A stretch of DNA of 52,890 nucleotides from the NCBI GenBank assembly GCA_050506795.1, contig JBJHCF010000039.1, positions 1 to 52,890 of the forward strand, given 5' to 3'. Positions 37,547-47,071 of this stretch are shown one piece after another; the stretch's first letter is position 1, and the number at the start of each line of letters is the position of its first letter. The stretch is from Opitutia bacterium (GTDB lineage Bacteria > Verrucomicrobiota > Verrucomicrobiia > Opitutales > T3Sed10-336). The notes under the pieces were generated by a model, which made no database searches, was not told the origin of the DNA, and saw nothing but the letters and a program-made list of their open reading frames with translations. The translations under genes were made by a program, and so were the position numbers.

Positions 37547-38650
37547 ATGGGCATGGGCAATCAAATCTTTAACGAACTGCTGGGTCTCGCCGCCGAGAAC
37601 GGCGCCAGCGACGTTCACGTAAAAGCGGGAAAACGCGCTATCTTCCGGATCGAAGGCCGCTTGGAGGAAGTGGAGATGGAGCCGATCAGCGAAGACACCG
37701 CTTTGGACTTCCTGGATGCGGTGCTTCCTGATACCTTCAAAGCGCATTGGGAGGAGGAAGGGCAGGTCGATTTCGGACACAGCATCACCGGCGTCGGGCG
37801 TTTTCGGGTTGCCGCGTTTCGGCAGCGCGGAACGGTCACGATCGTTTTCCGGTACGTCAAAAGCGAGATTCCGACCTTTGACACCCTGAACCTCGAAGCG
37901 CCCGTACTCACAAAGATCTGTAAGTCCCGGGATGGCATTATCATTGTGAGCGGCGCCACCGGTTCGGGAAAAAGCTCCACGCTGGCCGCGATGCTCAATT
38001 GGATGAACGGCCACGTGCAGCGTCATGTGATCACGCTGGAGGATCCGATGGAGTACAATTTCTCCGACGACCACTGCATGTTCAACCAGCGGGAAATCGG
38101 CATCGACGCGGTGTCCTACTCACTCGGACTGAAGTCCGCTCTGCGCCAGGACCCGGATGTGATTCTCATTGGGGAAATGCGGGATAAGAACACCTTTGAA
38201 ACCGCCCTGGCGGCCGCGGAAACGGGACACGTCGTCATGACCACTCTGCATTCGATCAATGTGCAACAGGCGGTGATTCGTTTGTTTGAATTCTTCCCGC
38301 CGGACCAACAGGAGCAGATGCGGCGTCAGGTGGCCTCGTCCATCCGGGCCATCATCTGCCAGCGTCTCGTACCGGCCATGGAAGGCGGCGGACGAGTACC
38401 GGCGGTGGAAATCCTGGTGGGAGACTCGGTTTCCCGCAACGTCATCCAGGAGGGACAGTTCAACAAACTGAATTCCATCATGGACGGCGGCGGTGAGTCC
38501 GGTTCACGTTCCTTCAATAAAGACCTCTTTCGTCTTATCAAAGCGGGCAAGATCAGCAAGGCCGACGGACTGGCGCACTCACCGAACCCAAAAGCGTTGG
38601 AAATGAACCTGAAGGGGATTTTCCAGAGCGAGGGAGGCATCATCGGGTGA
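37547..38650 (+). CDS. PilT/PilU-family type IV pilus retraction ATPase
   Basis: ASDVH, GATGSGKSST, TLEDPMEY, DPDVILIGEMRD, GHVVMTTLH. Confidence 0.92.
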   Translation: MGMGNQIFNELLGLAAENGASDVHVKAGKRAIFRIEGRLEEVEMEPISEDTALDFLDAVLPDTFKAHWEEEGQVDFGHSITGVGRFRVAAFRQRGTVTIVFRYVKSEIPTFDTLNLEAPVLTKICKSRDGIIIVSGATGSGKSSTLAAMLNWMNGHVQRHVITLEDPMEYNFSDDHCMFNQREIGIDAVSYSLGLKSALRQDPDVILIGEMRDKNTFETALAAAETGHVVMTTLHSINVQQAVIRLFEFFPPDQQEQMRRQVASSIRAIICQRLVPAMEGGGRVPAVEILVGDSVSRNVIQEGQFNKLNSIMDGGGESGSRSFNKDLFRLIKAGKISKADGLAHSPNPKALEMNLKGIFQSEGGIIG

Positions 38651-40443
38651 AGCTCGGCAATATTAGAAATTTCTGTATTATTGCCCACGTCGACCATGGA
38701 AAGACCACGCTTTCCGACCGATTGCTGGAGCAAACCCGCACGGTCGATCGGCGCCTGATGAAAGATCAGCTCCTGGATTCCATGGACTTGGAAAGAGAGC
38801 GGGGAATCACCATCAAAAGCCATCCGGTATCGATGCTTTACCGGGCCCAAAACGGTGAAGAGTATCGTTTCAACCTGATCGACACGCCCGGTCATGTGGA
38901 TTTTTCCTATGAAGTTTCGCGTAGTCTCGCTGCTTGTGAAGGAGCCCTTCTCCTGATCGACGCCGCGCAGGGAATTGAGGCGCAGACGGTGGCCAACGCC
39001 CACTTGGCTTTCTCCCAGGGATTGACGGTGATTCCGGTGATCAACAAGATCGACCTGCCCAGCGCCGATCTCGACCTTGTTACCCGCCAACTGGAAGACA
39101 TTCTCGCGGTTCCGTCGGAAGAGGCGATTCTGGCCAGCGGGAAAACCGGAGTCGGGGTCGAAGAAATCCTGGAGGCGGTGGTCAACCATATCCCGGCGCC
39201 TCGCTGGGCCGATTATCCCAAAACCCGAGCCCTGATTTTCGACAGCGTCTACGACACTTACCAGGGCGTGATCTGTTACGTTCGGGTTTTTTCCGGAACG
39301 CTCAAAGCCGGTACGTCGATGTTGCTCATGAGCGACGATATCCGGGTGGAGGTCAAGGAGGTCGGTATCTTTTCCCCGGAAAGGGTCCGGGCTAAGGAAA
39401 TCCACGCCGGCAACGTCGGCTACATCGTCACCAACATCAAATCGGTGGCCGACATCAAACTGGGCGACACCTTGACCGAGGCCGCCCAGCCGGCGACCGA
39501 GATGCTGCCCGGCTATAAAGAAGTACGCCCGATGGTTTTCAGCGGGATTTATCCGTTGGACAGCGGCGACTATGAAAAGCTCAAAGCGAGCCTGGGCCGG
39601 CTGCGGCTCAATGATGCCGCTTTGGTGTACCAGTCGGAGAACTCTCTGGCCCTGGGGTTTGGCTTCCGTTGCGGTTTCCTCGGTCTGCTGCACATGGAAA
39701 TCATTCAGGAACGCGTGCGACGGGAGTACGGTGTTGATATTATCCTGACTTATCCCAGCGTGGTTTATAAGGTGGTGACCCAGGATGGAAATGTTCGCGA
39801 AATCGACAACCCGGTAAACCTGCCTGATCCTTCCTTTATCGAGGAAGTCCGGGAGCCCACCATTCGCGCCACAGTGCTGACGCCGACGGATTCGGTTGGC
39901 GATGTGCTGGCACTGGTGATGGAAAAACGGGGTATTTGCGAAAAGACCGAAACACTCGACAATAGCCGTCTGATGCTGACCTGCGTCCTGCCGCTGAACG
40001 AGATCCTGGTCGATTTTTATGACCGCCTGAAAAGCGTCACCCACGGTTACGGGTCGATGGACTACGAGATGGCCGATTACAGGGCGGATGATTTGATCCG
40101 TCTGGACATCCTGGTCAACGGTGATCCGGTCGATGCGTTTTCCAGTATCGTGCATCGTTCCAAGGCCGAAACCAAGGGGAGGGACCTTTGCTCGAAACTC
40201 GCCGAGATCATCCCTCCGCAGATGTTCAAAATTCCCATCCAGGCCGCAATCGGGGGGCATGTTATTGCCCGGGAAACCGTGCGGGCACTGCGCAAGGACG
40301 TTACCGCCAAGTGCTACGGAGGCGATATCACACGTAAACGCAAGCTGCTGGAAAAGCAGAAAGAGGGCAAAAAGCGGATGAAACAGGTCGGCAGTGTCTC
40401 CATTCCCCAGGACGCGTTTATCAAGGTGCTGAAAAACAAATAA
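38647..40443 (+). CDS. lepA: Elongation factor 4 (LepA)
   Basis: IRNFCIIAHVDHGK, GFRCGFLGLLH, KCYGGDITRKRKLLEKQK. Confidence 0.97.
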   Translation: MKLGNIRNFCIIAHVDHGKTTLSDRLLEQTRTVDRRLMKDQLLDSMDLERERGITIKSHPVSMLYRAQNGEEYRFNLIDTPGHVDFSYEVSRSLAACEGALLLIDAAQGIEAQTVANAHLAFSQGLTVIPVINKIDLPSADLDLVTRQLEDILAVPSEEAILASGKTGVGVEEILEAVVNHIPAPRWADYPKTRALIFDSVYDTYQGVICYVRVFSGTLKAGTSMLLMSDDIRVEVKEVGIFSPERVRAKEIHAGNVGYIVTNIKSVADIKLGDTLTEAAQPATEMLPGYKEVRPMVFSGIYPLDSGDYEKLKASLGRLRLNDAALVYQSENSLALGFGFRCGFLGLLHMEIIQERVRREYGVDIILTYPSVVYKVVTQDGNVREIDNPVNLPDPSFIEEVREPTIRATVLTPTDSVGDVLALVMEKRGICEKTETLDNSRLMLTCVLPLNEILVDFYDRLKSVTHGYGSMDYEMADYRADDLIRLDILVNGDPVDAFSSIVHRSKAETKGRDLCSKLAEIIPPQMFKIPIQAAIGGHVIARETVRALRKDVTAKCYGGDITRKRKLLEKQKEGKKRMKQVGSVSIPQDAFIKVLKNK

Positions 40444-40471
40444 GCCCGTAATTTCGAAAACAGGTTTCGAG

Positions 40472-41752
40472 GTGTTCTCCATTTTTAGATCGAACCAGAA
40501 TAAAAAACTGCGGAATGATGCCGACAATTGGCTCCGCCTGGCCGATAAAGTGTATCATTACCGACGTGACCTGCTGTCCGAACGCGAGTTGCAGGGGCTG
40601 GTGCAGACCGCGACCGAACTCCGCGAAACCCTGAAGAAAAAGGATGCCGAGAGCGGCAAAATCAAGCTCGCCGTGGACCGCCTGGAGGAAGTGATCCGGA
40701 GAGTCGGGGGCAGTTATTATCCCAAATCGGCTCTGGCGGAAAACGTCGAGGTGTTTCTTATCGCCGCTATCCTCGCCATTGGTATTCGCACCTATTTTAT
40801 CCAGCCGTTCAAAATTCCGACCAATTCCATGATGCCGACGTATTACGGAATGACGGCCGATGTGTTCGCCGACCCGACAGAGGAGCCGGGTGTATTGCGC
40901 TCGGGATTACGCACCGTTTTTTTCGGCGCTCGCAGCATAAAGATCGATGCCGAAGCGGGAGGTGTGGCGGAACTGGCGTTCGATGTCGATTCGACCGGAC
41001 GGGTTTTGGGCTTCGCTCACCGGGAAGTCCGTGACCGTACCTGGCTGGTTTTTCCCACCGTCAAAAAGGAGTATCTTATCCGAGTGGACGGTCGTCCGCA
41101 CTCATTTCGCGTGCCGGTCGATTTTCAGGTGGAATCGATTCTGCACCAGATCTTTTATCCGGGCTATGAGAGCCTGGGGCAGGCGGTAAACGACATGCGT
41201 CAGCGCGGCCGGTACAGTCAGGGATCGAATAACCGGGTTTATTTGGAAACCGAGGTGGACGTCGATCCCGGCGACCGGTTGCTGGCCTTTGACATTCTCA
41301 CCGGAGACCAGCTGTTCGTGGACCGGATGAGTTACCATTTCAAACGTCCCAGTATCGGCGAAAGCTTTGTTTTTCGCACCGGGGATATTCCTGCGCTCGG
41401 CGGTCGGGACGGCACCGATTCCTATTACATCAAAAGGTTGGTTGGCCAGGGCGGCGATCGTTTGGAGATCCGCGAACCGTACCTTTACCGAAACGGTGAG
41501 CCGATCGACTCGCGGTCCATTTTTGAAGAGATCCACCAAGGTGATGGCAAGTACAACGGTTACATGGCCCTGGGCTTGCTCGAAACGGGGTCCACGGTGG
41601 AGGTGCCGGAAAACATGTATTTCGCTTTGGGCGACAACTCCGGCAACAGCCTCGACAGTCGCAATTTCGGGTTTGTCCCGGAACACGCGGTGGTCGGACG
41701 TCCGGTGATGATCTATTATCCGTTCACATCCCGTTGGGGCCGCGCCCGCTGA
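40472..41752 (+). CDS. lepB: Signal peptidase I with N-terminal helical extension and large insert
   Basis: IPTNSMMPT (Ser), YIKRLVG (Lys), GDNSGNSLDSR; follows lepA. Confidence 0.9.
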   Translation: MFSIFRSNQNKKLRNDADNWLRLADKVYHYRRDLLSERELQGLVQTATELRETLKKKDAESGKIKLAVDRLEEVIRRVGGSYYPKSALAENVEVFLIAAILAIGIRTYFIQPFKIPTNSMMPTYYGMTADVFADPTEEPGVLRSGLRTVFFGARSIKIDAEAGGVAELAFDVDSTGRVLGFAHREVRDRTWLVFPTVKKEYLIRVDGRPHSFRVPVDFQVESILHQIFYPGYESLGQAVNDMRQRGRYSQGSNNRVYLETEVDVDPGDRLLAFDILTGDQLFVDRMSYHFKRPSIGESFVFRTGDIPALGGRDGTDSYYIKRLVGQGGDRLEIREPYLYRNGEPIDSRSIFEEIHQGDGKYNGYMALGLLETGSTVEVPENMYFALGDNSGNSLDSRNFGFVPEHAVVGRPVMIYYPFTSRWGRAR

Positions 41753-41829
41753 GCGATGATTACCGACTTTCGCACAATATATATTATGTCTAATATAGGC
41801 AAGCGGCCTGATTCGACCCGAAAACAGCC

Positions 41830-43356
41830 ATGAGCACGCCTTTTTACAATTGGCTCCGCGACCGTTCCGCCGGGGTCCTTCTCCACCCGACCTCTCTCCC
41901 CGGCGATTTTGCAATCGGCAGTTTCAGTAAGGAAGCCTACCGGTTCGTCGATTTTCTTTCGGAGACCAGTATGAGTTATTGGCAGGTCTGCCCCCTGGGA
42001 CCGACCGGTTACGGTGATTCCCCCTACCAGTGCTTTTCCTCCTTTGCCGGCAATCCCTACCTGATCGATCCTCTGGATTTATGCGAGCGCGGGTTGTTGC
42101 AGGCCGACTCCCTCGGCCCCCTCCTGTTTCTGGATTCCGAGCAGGTCGATTACGGTGGGCTTTACGAAGTGAAATGGCCCCTCCTGTTTCAGGCCTGCCA
42201 GGGGTTTCGGCGTTTGCCCAAGAATAAGCGTCCCTACGGTGATTTTGAAGATTTTCAAAATGAGAACTCCCACTGGCTGGAGGCCTACGCCTATTTTCAC
42301 GCCCTGAAGCAGTTTCACGACGGCGCGCCCTGGTATCAATGGCCCGAGAATGAAAGATCCTTTGAGCGGGCCCGCAAGTCGGTTAAGGATCCGGAGGTGC
42401 TGGAACGCGTCCAGGACCACCGCATCCTCCAATACCTTTTCGACGGTCAGTGGCAGCGTCTGAAGCATTACGCCGCCCGCCACGGTGTCCGAATCATCGG
42501 CGATGTGCCCATTTACGCGGCGGCCGACAGTGCCGACGTTTGGAGCCGGCCGGAGATTTTCCAGGTCGATGTCGAATCGGGCCGACTGCTCGAAGTCGCC
42601 GGCGTTCCGCCCGATTATTTTTCGGAGACCGGTCAACTTTGGGGCAATCCGCTGTACAACTGGAAAGCGCTAAAAGCCTCCGGCTACCAGTGGTGGCTCG
42701 AACGTATCGGACGAAACCTTGAGCTTTACGACGTCGTGCGAATCGACCACTTTCGGGGTTTTCACGACTACTGGTCGATCCCAAGCGATGCTCCCGACGC
42801 CCGCGGCGGCCGGTGGCTGAAAGGTCCCGACCTGGCTTTTTTCAAAGCCGTAAAGTCAGCCTACCCCAAGGCCCGGCTGATTGCCGAAGACCTGGGCGAC
42901 CTGTCGGACGGCGTTTTCAAACTTCGTGACGCCGTAGGGTTGCCTGGAATGGCCATTCTGCAATTCGCGTTCGGCGGCGGCTCGGACAATCTGTATTTGC
43001 CACACAATCACACGCGGAATTCGGTGGTGTATCCTGGAACTCATGACAACGATACCTCGCGGGGCTGGTATGAGGGGCTCGATCGGAAAACCGGTGATCA
43101 CGTCCGGCGTTATTACCGCATCAGTGGCGAGGAAATCGCCTGGGACCTGCTGCGATCGGCCTATCGGAGCCCCGCCCGGCTGGCGATCGTTCCCCTGCAA
43201 GACCTTCTCAATCTGGGAAGCGACGCCCGCATGAACCTCCCGGGCACAGCGGAAGGCAATTGGCGGTGGCGCTGCGGTCACAGCGACATCGATCGACTGC
43301 AGGAACGCAGCGGTGCCTACCTGGCCGAACTGGCCGAATTGTACGGCCGCAGCTGA
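41830..43356 (+). CDS. malQ: 4-alpha-glucanotransferase (amylomaltase, GH77)
   Basis: GVLLHPTSLP, GQLWGNPLY, RIDHFRG, AEDLG, GTHDNDT. Confidence 0.95.
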   Translation: MSTPFYNWLRDRSAGVLLHPTSLPGDFAIGSFSKEAYRFVDFLSETSMSYWQVCPLGPTGYGDSPYQCFSSFAGNPYLIDPLDLCERGLLQADSLGPLLFLDSEQVDYGGLYEVKWPLLFQACQGFRRLPKNKRPYGDFEDFQNENSHWLEAYAYFHALKQFHDGAPWYQWPENERSFERARKSVKDPEVLERVQDHRILQYLFDGQWQRLKHYAARHGVRIIGDVPIYAAADSADVWSRPEIFQVDVESGRLLEVAGVPPDYFSETGQLWGNPLYNWKALKASGYQWWLERIGRNLELYDVVRIDHFRGFHDYWSIPSDAPDARGGRWLKGPDLAFFKAVKSAYPKARLIAEDLGDLSDGVFKLRDAVGLPGMAILQFAFGGGSDNLYLPHNHTRNSVVYPGTHDNDTSRGWYEGLDRKTGDHVRRYYRISGEEIAWDLLRSAYRSPARLAIVPLQDLLNLGSDARMNLPGTAEGNWRWRCGHSDIDRLQERSGAYLAELAELYGRS

Positions 43357-43361
43357 CGCGT

Positions 43362-44318
43362 TCAGTTGCGTTGCTCAAGGAAACGTTTCACCAGCGGGAT
43401 GATTTCCTCGTGGGAGTCCTCCATGACATAGTGACCGGCCTTGGCGAAACGGTGCACCTCTGCGCCGGGAAAGCGTTGGCGCCACTCTTCCAGGAACTCA
43501 TCGTTGAAGCAAAAGTCCTGGCCCCCCCAGCAAATCAGCATGGGCGTGTCTTTGAAAACATGAAGGCCCTCCCCGATCTCTTTGATCAGCGGATAAGTCG
43601 GATGGCTGGGATTCATGGGGATGTCCTGCACAAAACGCAAAACCGCCACCCGGTTTTGCCAGCTGTTATAGGGACGAAGGTAACCCTGAACCGTATTCGG
43701 GGTCATTCGTGCCGGTTCCACCACCGCCATGTGGATGGCGGCGCGGGCGAACAGGTTCAATCCGCGGACTGCCAACGGACCGACGATCGGCAACCGGCAA
43801 ACATTGATTCGCAGCGGAATGTGTTTGGACGGAAACGCCGCCGTGTTCAGGACCACCAATTTCTTGATTCGGTCACGGTGACGTTCCGCCATACCCATCC
43901 CGATGGCTCCTCCCCAGTCGTGACACACGAGCGTGATGTTCCGTAGGTCCAGTTCCTCCACCAGACGCTCCAGGTTTTCAATGTGCCGGTCCAGGCGGTA
44001 TCGGTAATCCTGTGGTTTGTCGGACAAGCCACACCCGATGTGATCTGGAGCCACGCATCGGTGCGTACGGCGCAGGGCCAGAATCAGACGACGGAAATAG
44101 AAAGACCAGGTCGGGTTGCCGTGCACCATCAGGACGGGGTCGCCGCCCTCCCCTTCGTCCACGTAATTCATCGCCGCGCCCCCGGCGACCTTCAGACGAT
44201 GTCCGTCGAAAGGATACAGCGTCCGCCAATAACCCCAGGAAAAGGGATCCTCGGTTTCCTCGTCCGTCGTGTTTGATGGGTCTTTCTGCATTTTACGATT
44301 GGCCCCTTTACTGATCAT
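43362..44318 (-). CDS. oleB: OleB-like beta-lactone decarboxylase (haloalkane-dehalogenase-like hydrolase)
   Basis: HGNPTWSF, HDWGG, HYVMED; overlaps the oleA stop. Start could be 44291 instead. Confidence 0.75.
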   Translation of the reverse strand: MISKGANRKMQKDPSNTTDEETEDPFSWGYWRTLYPFDGHRLKVAGGAAMNYVDEGEGGDPVLMVHGNPTWSFYFRRLILALRRTHRCVAPDHIGCGLSDKPQDYRYRLDRHIENLERLVEELDLRNITLVCHDWGGAIGMGMAERHRDRIKKLVVLNTAAFPSKHIPLRINVCRLPIVGPLAVRGLNLFARAAIHMAVVEPARMTPNTVQGYLRPYNSWQNRVAVLRFVQDIPMNPSHPTYPLIKEIGEGLHVFKDTPMLICWGGQDFCFNDEFLEEWRQRFPGAEVHRFAKAGHYVMEDSHEEIIPLVKRFLEQRN

Positions 44319-45360
44319 TTCCCCCGTCCCATTCCATGGCCAGCATCAGCGAGGTGATCCCGCTGCCGATGCCGAGCAACGCGATGCGGTCTCCCGGGTT
44401 CACCGCTCCTTCCTCAACCGCCCGCGCCAGTGAAATTGGCAGGGACACCGAGCCGATATTGCCCAGCGTTGCGAAGGTGGAAAAATCCTTCTCCAGCGGG
44501 AGATTCAAGGCTTCATAGAGTTTCCGACGGTGAGCCGCGCCCACCTGATGACAGATGATACGGTCCGGTGTGCTTTCATCCCACCCGGTTTCTTCTTTGA
44601 AAGCCTGCCAGGTTTCGCGGGCCAGAGCCACCCCGGCCAGCAAGAGCGCCTCGCTTTCCGTGCGCATGTCCAACCCGTCGCTCCCGGGCGCCGTATCGCC
44701 TTCACACAGACGGTTCTGCCGGGTGTCCGTGCCCGCGGCGCCCGCCAGGAGACGGGGACGGTCCGGGGCCAGGGATCGATGGGACACCACCGCGGCCACC
44801 GCGCCGCAGCCGATCGTCAAGTTGGCAAAGTAAGGTTTGATCCCGTTGCGGGTGAGCTCGGGGTCGAGCAAGCGTTGGATCGTGTTCTCCAGCAACGGGC
44901 GTCCGTTTTCACCCGCGACCACCAGGGCGTGACGGATCTGCCCCGCGTCGATCAGCCCGGCCGCCAGGACCAGGGCGTTAAGAAATCCGAGGCAGGCGTT
45001 GGAGACATCGAAAAACTGGGTACGCGGCGGCAGACCCAGCTCTCCGTGCACGTAGGCCGCCGTCGCCGGCTCCAACCGGTCCCGCGACACCGCGGCATGG
45101 ATTACCAGGTCGATTTCCTCGCGCGGGACCTTCGTGCGGGCCAGGACCTTTTTCCCGGCCCGGGCACTGGCTGCCGAGGCGGGCGTCGCCGGTTCCCAAA
45201 CCCGCCGCTCGCGAATCCCGGTCATCAACTCCAGCCGCCCCGCCGGCAAACGGAGCCGATCATAGGTCGACTTCAAGCGCTCCTCGATTTCCGCCGAGCT
45301 CCACCGCTCCTCCGGGAGGGCGTAATCCAGGCTCTCCAATACTGCGTTTCTAAACTTCAT
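44308..45360 (-). CDS. oleA: OleA acyl-CoA condensing enzyme (thiolase/FabH superfamily)
   Basis: GRLELMTGIRERR, LEP (OleA Glu), NACLG (Cys), CHQVG, GNIG, LLGIGSG. Confidence 0.82.
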   Translation of the reverse strand: MKFRNAVLESLDYALPEERWSSAEIEERLKSTYDRLRLPAGRLELMTGIRERRVWEPATPASAASARAGKKVLARTKVPREEIDLVIHAAVSRDRLEPATAAYVHGELGLPPRTQFFDVSNACLGFLNALVLAAGLIDAGQIRHALVVAGENGRPLLENTIQRLLDPELTRNGIKPYFANLTIGCGAVAAVVSHRSLAPDRPRLLAGAAGTDTRQNRLCEGDTAPGSDGLDMRTESEALLLAGVALARETWQAFKEETGWDESTPDRIICHQVGAAHRRKLYEALNLPLEKDFSTFATLGNIGSVSLPISLARAVEEGAVNPGDRIALLGIGSGITSLMLAMEWDGGNDQ

Positions 45361-45587
45361 TGACGGTTCCAATCCGGCCCCGGCCCCAGCCGGACCTCAA
45401 GTTGAAACCGTCGAATCTAGCTACCCGAACCTCCCGGGGCAATCCCTTTGACTCCAATGATTCCAGACGGGTTCATCCTGATGTTGTTGGCGTTAGGCTT
45501 TAGTCCCGTGGCGCCAGGCTCACCCCGGCATTCAGCATCCGGCCCCAGTCAAGCTTTGATGATTTTTCAGTTCCCCTGATTTTTTTT

Positions 45588-45617
45588 TTGCCAAGGGATG
45601 GATGCGGTCAATAGAGT
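45588..45617 (+). promoter_or_regulatory. Probable sigma70 promoter for tRNA-Lys
   Basis: TTGCCA-N18-TAGAGT, with a T10 tract running into the -35. Confidence 0.45.
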
Positions 45618-45760
45618 CTCCTCTTTTGTAGGGCGACTCTTTCGCTTTTTTGTTCTTTGCGGTATCAGCACTGGTCGGCCGGATCCACACCGGGCGCCGT
45701 TGAATTCAAGTGTAAAACGAAACCAGTGTTATTATCTTTTTTATTGATTCACAACATCTT

Positions 45761-45832
45761 GGGTTGGTAGCTCAATGGTAGAGCAGTTGCCTTTTAAGCA
45801 ATTGGTTCCGGGTTCGAGTCCCGGCCAACCCA
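45761..45832 (+). tRNA. tRNA-Lys (UUU)
   Basis: Acceptor GGGTTGG/CCAACCC, anticodon arm GTTGC-CTTTTAA-GCAAT, GGTTCGAGTCC T-arm; CCA not encoded (followed by CCT). Confidence 0.96.
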
Positions 45833-45840
45833 CCTCCCCC

Positions 45841-46320
45841 CTATTTTCCGAACAGGCCCCGCACCACCTTGATCGAGCGGTAGACCACCAGCAGACGAAT
45901 CATGTAGGCCACCAGTCCGGCGGGGCCAAACAGCCAACTGAGAATTAGTTCGAACGGCACGGTGATGCGCCGGCGCACCGCGTGCTGATATATCGCCATA
46001 CCCAGGAAGAGGTCCACGGTCATATAATGAGCCCAGATCACGAGAAAAACGATCGGGTGATCCATAAACCGTCGTAAGGCCCTGACTTCCAGGCCCGCCA
46101 ACGGAGGAATCCCGGTCACCGTGATCAGGAGATACACCAGGTAGAGGTAAAACAGACCGAGAAGCGCGGGAACAAAAAAGGGATGACAAATCCACCGAAT
46201 CCATTTGTTATAAGGGAAAAGGATCATGAGTATCCAGAACGGCGCCACCATTCCGTTGATCAGCCAGAACGCCTGATTCAACTGCTGACTGCCAAAGAGC
46301 TCAATGACCCAGACCGGCAT
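45841..46320 (-). CDS. ABA4/DUF4281-like integral membrane protein
   Basis: About 4 TM helices; PFWILMILFP, WAHYMTVDLFLG, FGPAGL motifs; start 46320 inferred. Confidence 0.75.
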   Translation of the reverse strand: MPVWVIELFGSQQLNQAFWLINGMVAPFWILMILFPYNKWIRWICHPFFVPALLGLFYLYLVYLLITVTGIPPLAGLEVRALRRFMDHPIVFLVIWAHYMTVDLFLGMAIYQHAVRRRITVPFELILSWLFGPAGLVAYMIRLLVVYRSIKVVRGLFGK

Positions 46321-46417
46321 GTTTTTTGGTGAGAAATTGATGTTTGATTGCGAATAGGAAGGGCACAAGGGGTTAAATACACAGCAGTTCCGTATTGAAA
46401 ACGAAAAAGCATCCGAG

Positions 46418-47065
46418 ATGAAACCCGACGAACCGAAAAAAACCGGACAGATTCCCGGGACGGCCGTGGAAAAAACGCCCTGGCCAATGTCGCGGGTGCT
46501 TTTGGCCATCGTTGCCTTCGTCATATTCTATACGCTGGTTATGATCTACTTCCGCAAGGAGACCGACATGTTCTATCCCTACGAGGAGGCGCAGGCGGAG
46601 GTTCTTGGAATCCTGCTGCGCTCCGAGGGATGGGAACCACTCCCGGAAGCCTATATTATTTCCGAGTTTCGGGTATCGGACGAAGAACTTGGCCTTCGCG
46701 ACCAGGAGATCTCGACTTTCGACAAGGAAGAAACCATCGGCATGGAGATCGGCGAACACTCGACCACGCCCCTCTCTCTTGCGGCTGTGAGGGCGCCTGA
46801 TTCCCTCGCACCGGGCGCGCCCTACCAGGCGGAAATCCTTTGGGAGGAGAAAGAGGATGGAGCCTACCCGCAAGGCCTCAATTTTTATACTCGTAACCAC
46901 GAAATCATCATTTTTCCGCCTCATGGACGAATTCGCGCGGTGGAAAACGCGGTTCCGGCGACTCGGTTTATTATCCCGCCGGAAAATCTTGAACCCGGAG
47001 AATACCGCATCTTCCTCTATACGGAAGATGGCCTCCGGGGATGGCGAACCACGGTGGAGGAATAA
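46418..47065 (+). CDS. Hypothetical membrane-anchored protein
   Basis: PWPM followed by one TM helix and an acidic domain; 6 bp upstream of argA. Confidence 0.7.
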   Translation: MKPDEPKKTGQIPGTAVEKTPWPMSRVLLAIVAFVIFYTLVMIYFRKETDMFYPYEEAQAEVLGILLRSEGWEPLPEAYIISEFRVSDEELGLRDQEISTFDKEETIGMEIGEHSTTPLSLAAVRAPDSLAPGAPYQAEILWEEKEDGAYPQGLNFYTRNHEIIIFPPHGRIRAVENAVPATRFIIPPENLEPGEYRIFLYTEDGLRGWRTTVEE

Positions 47066-47071
47066 ATTTCC

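Noticed and set aside
38326..40527. 733-aa minus-strand ORF
   Set aside because: Antisense to lepA; a typical shadow frame with no recognisable domain.
41777..41786. AATATATATT palindrome upstream of malQ
   Set aside because: Low-complexity AT sequence, likely just promoter DNA.
43362..44318. Haloalkane dehalogenase call
   Set aside because: Same fold, but overlap with oleA favours OleB.
45580..45589. T10 tract as a phase-variation switch
   Set aside because: It lies upstream of and within the -35, not in the spacer or a CDS; more likely an UP-like element.
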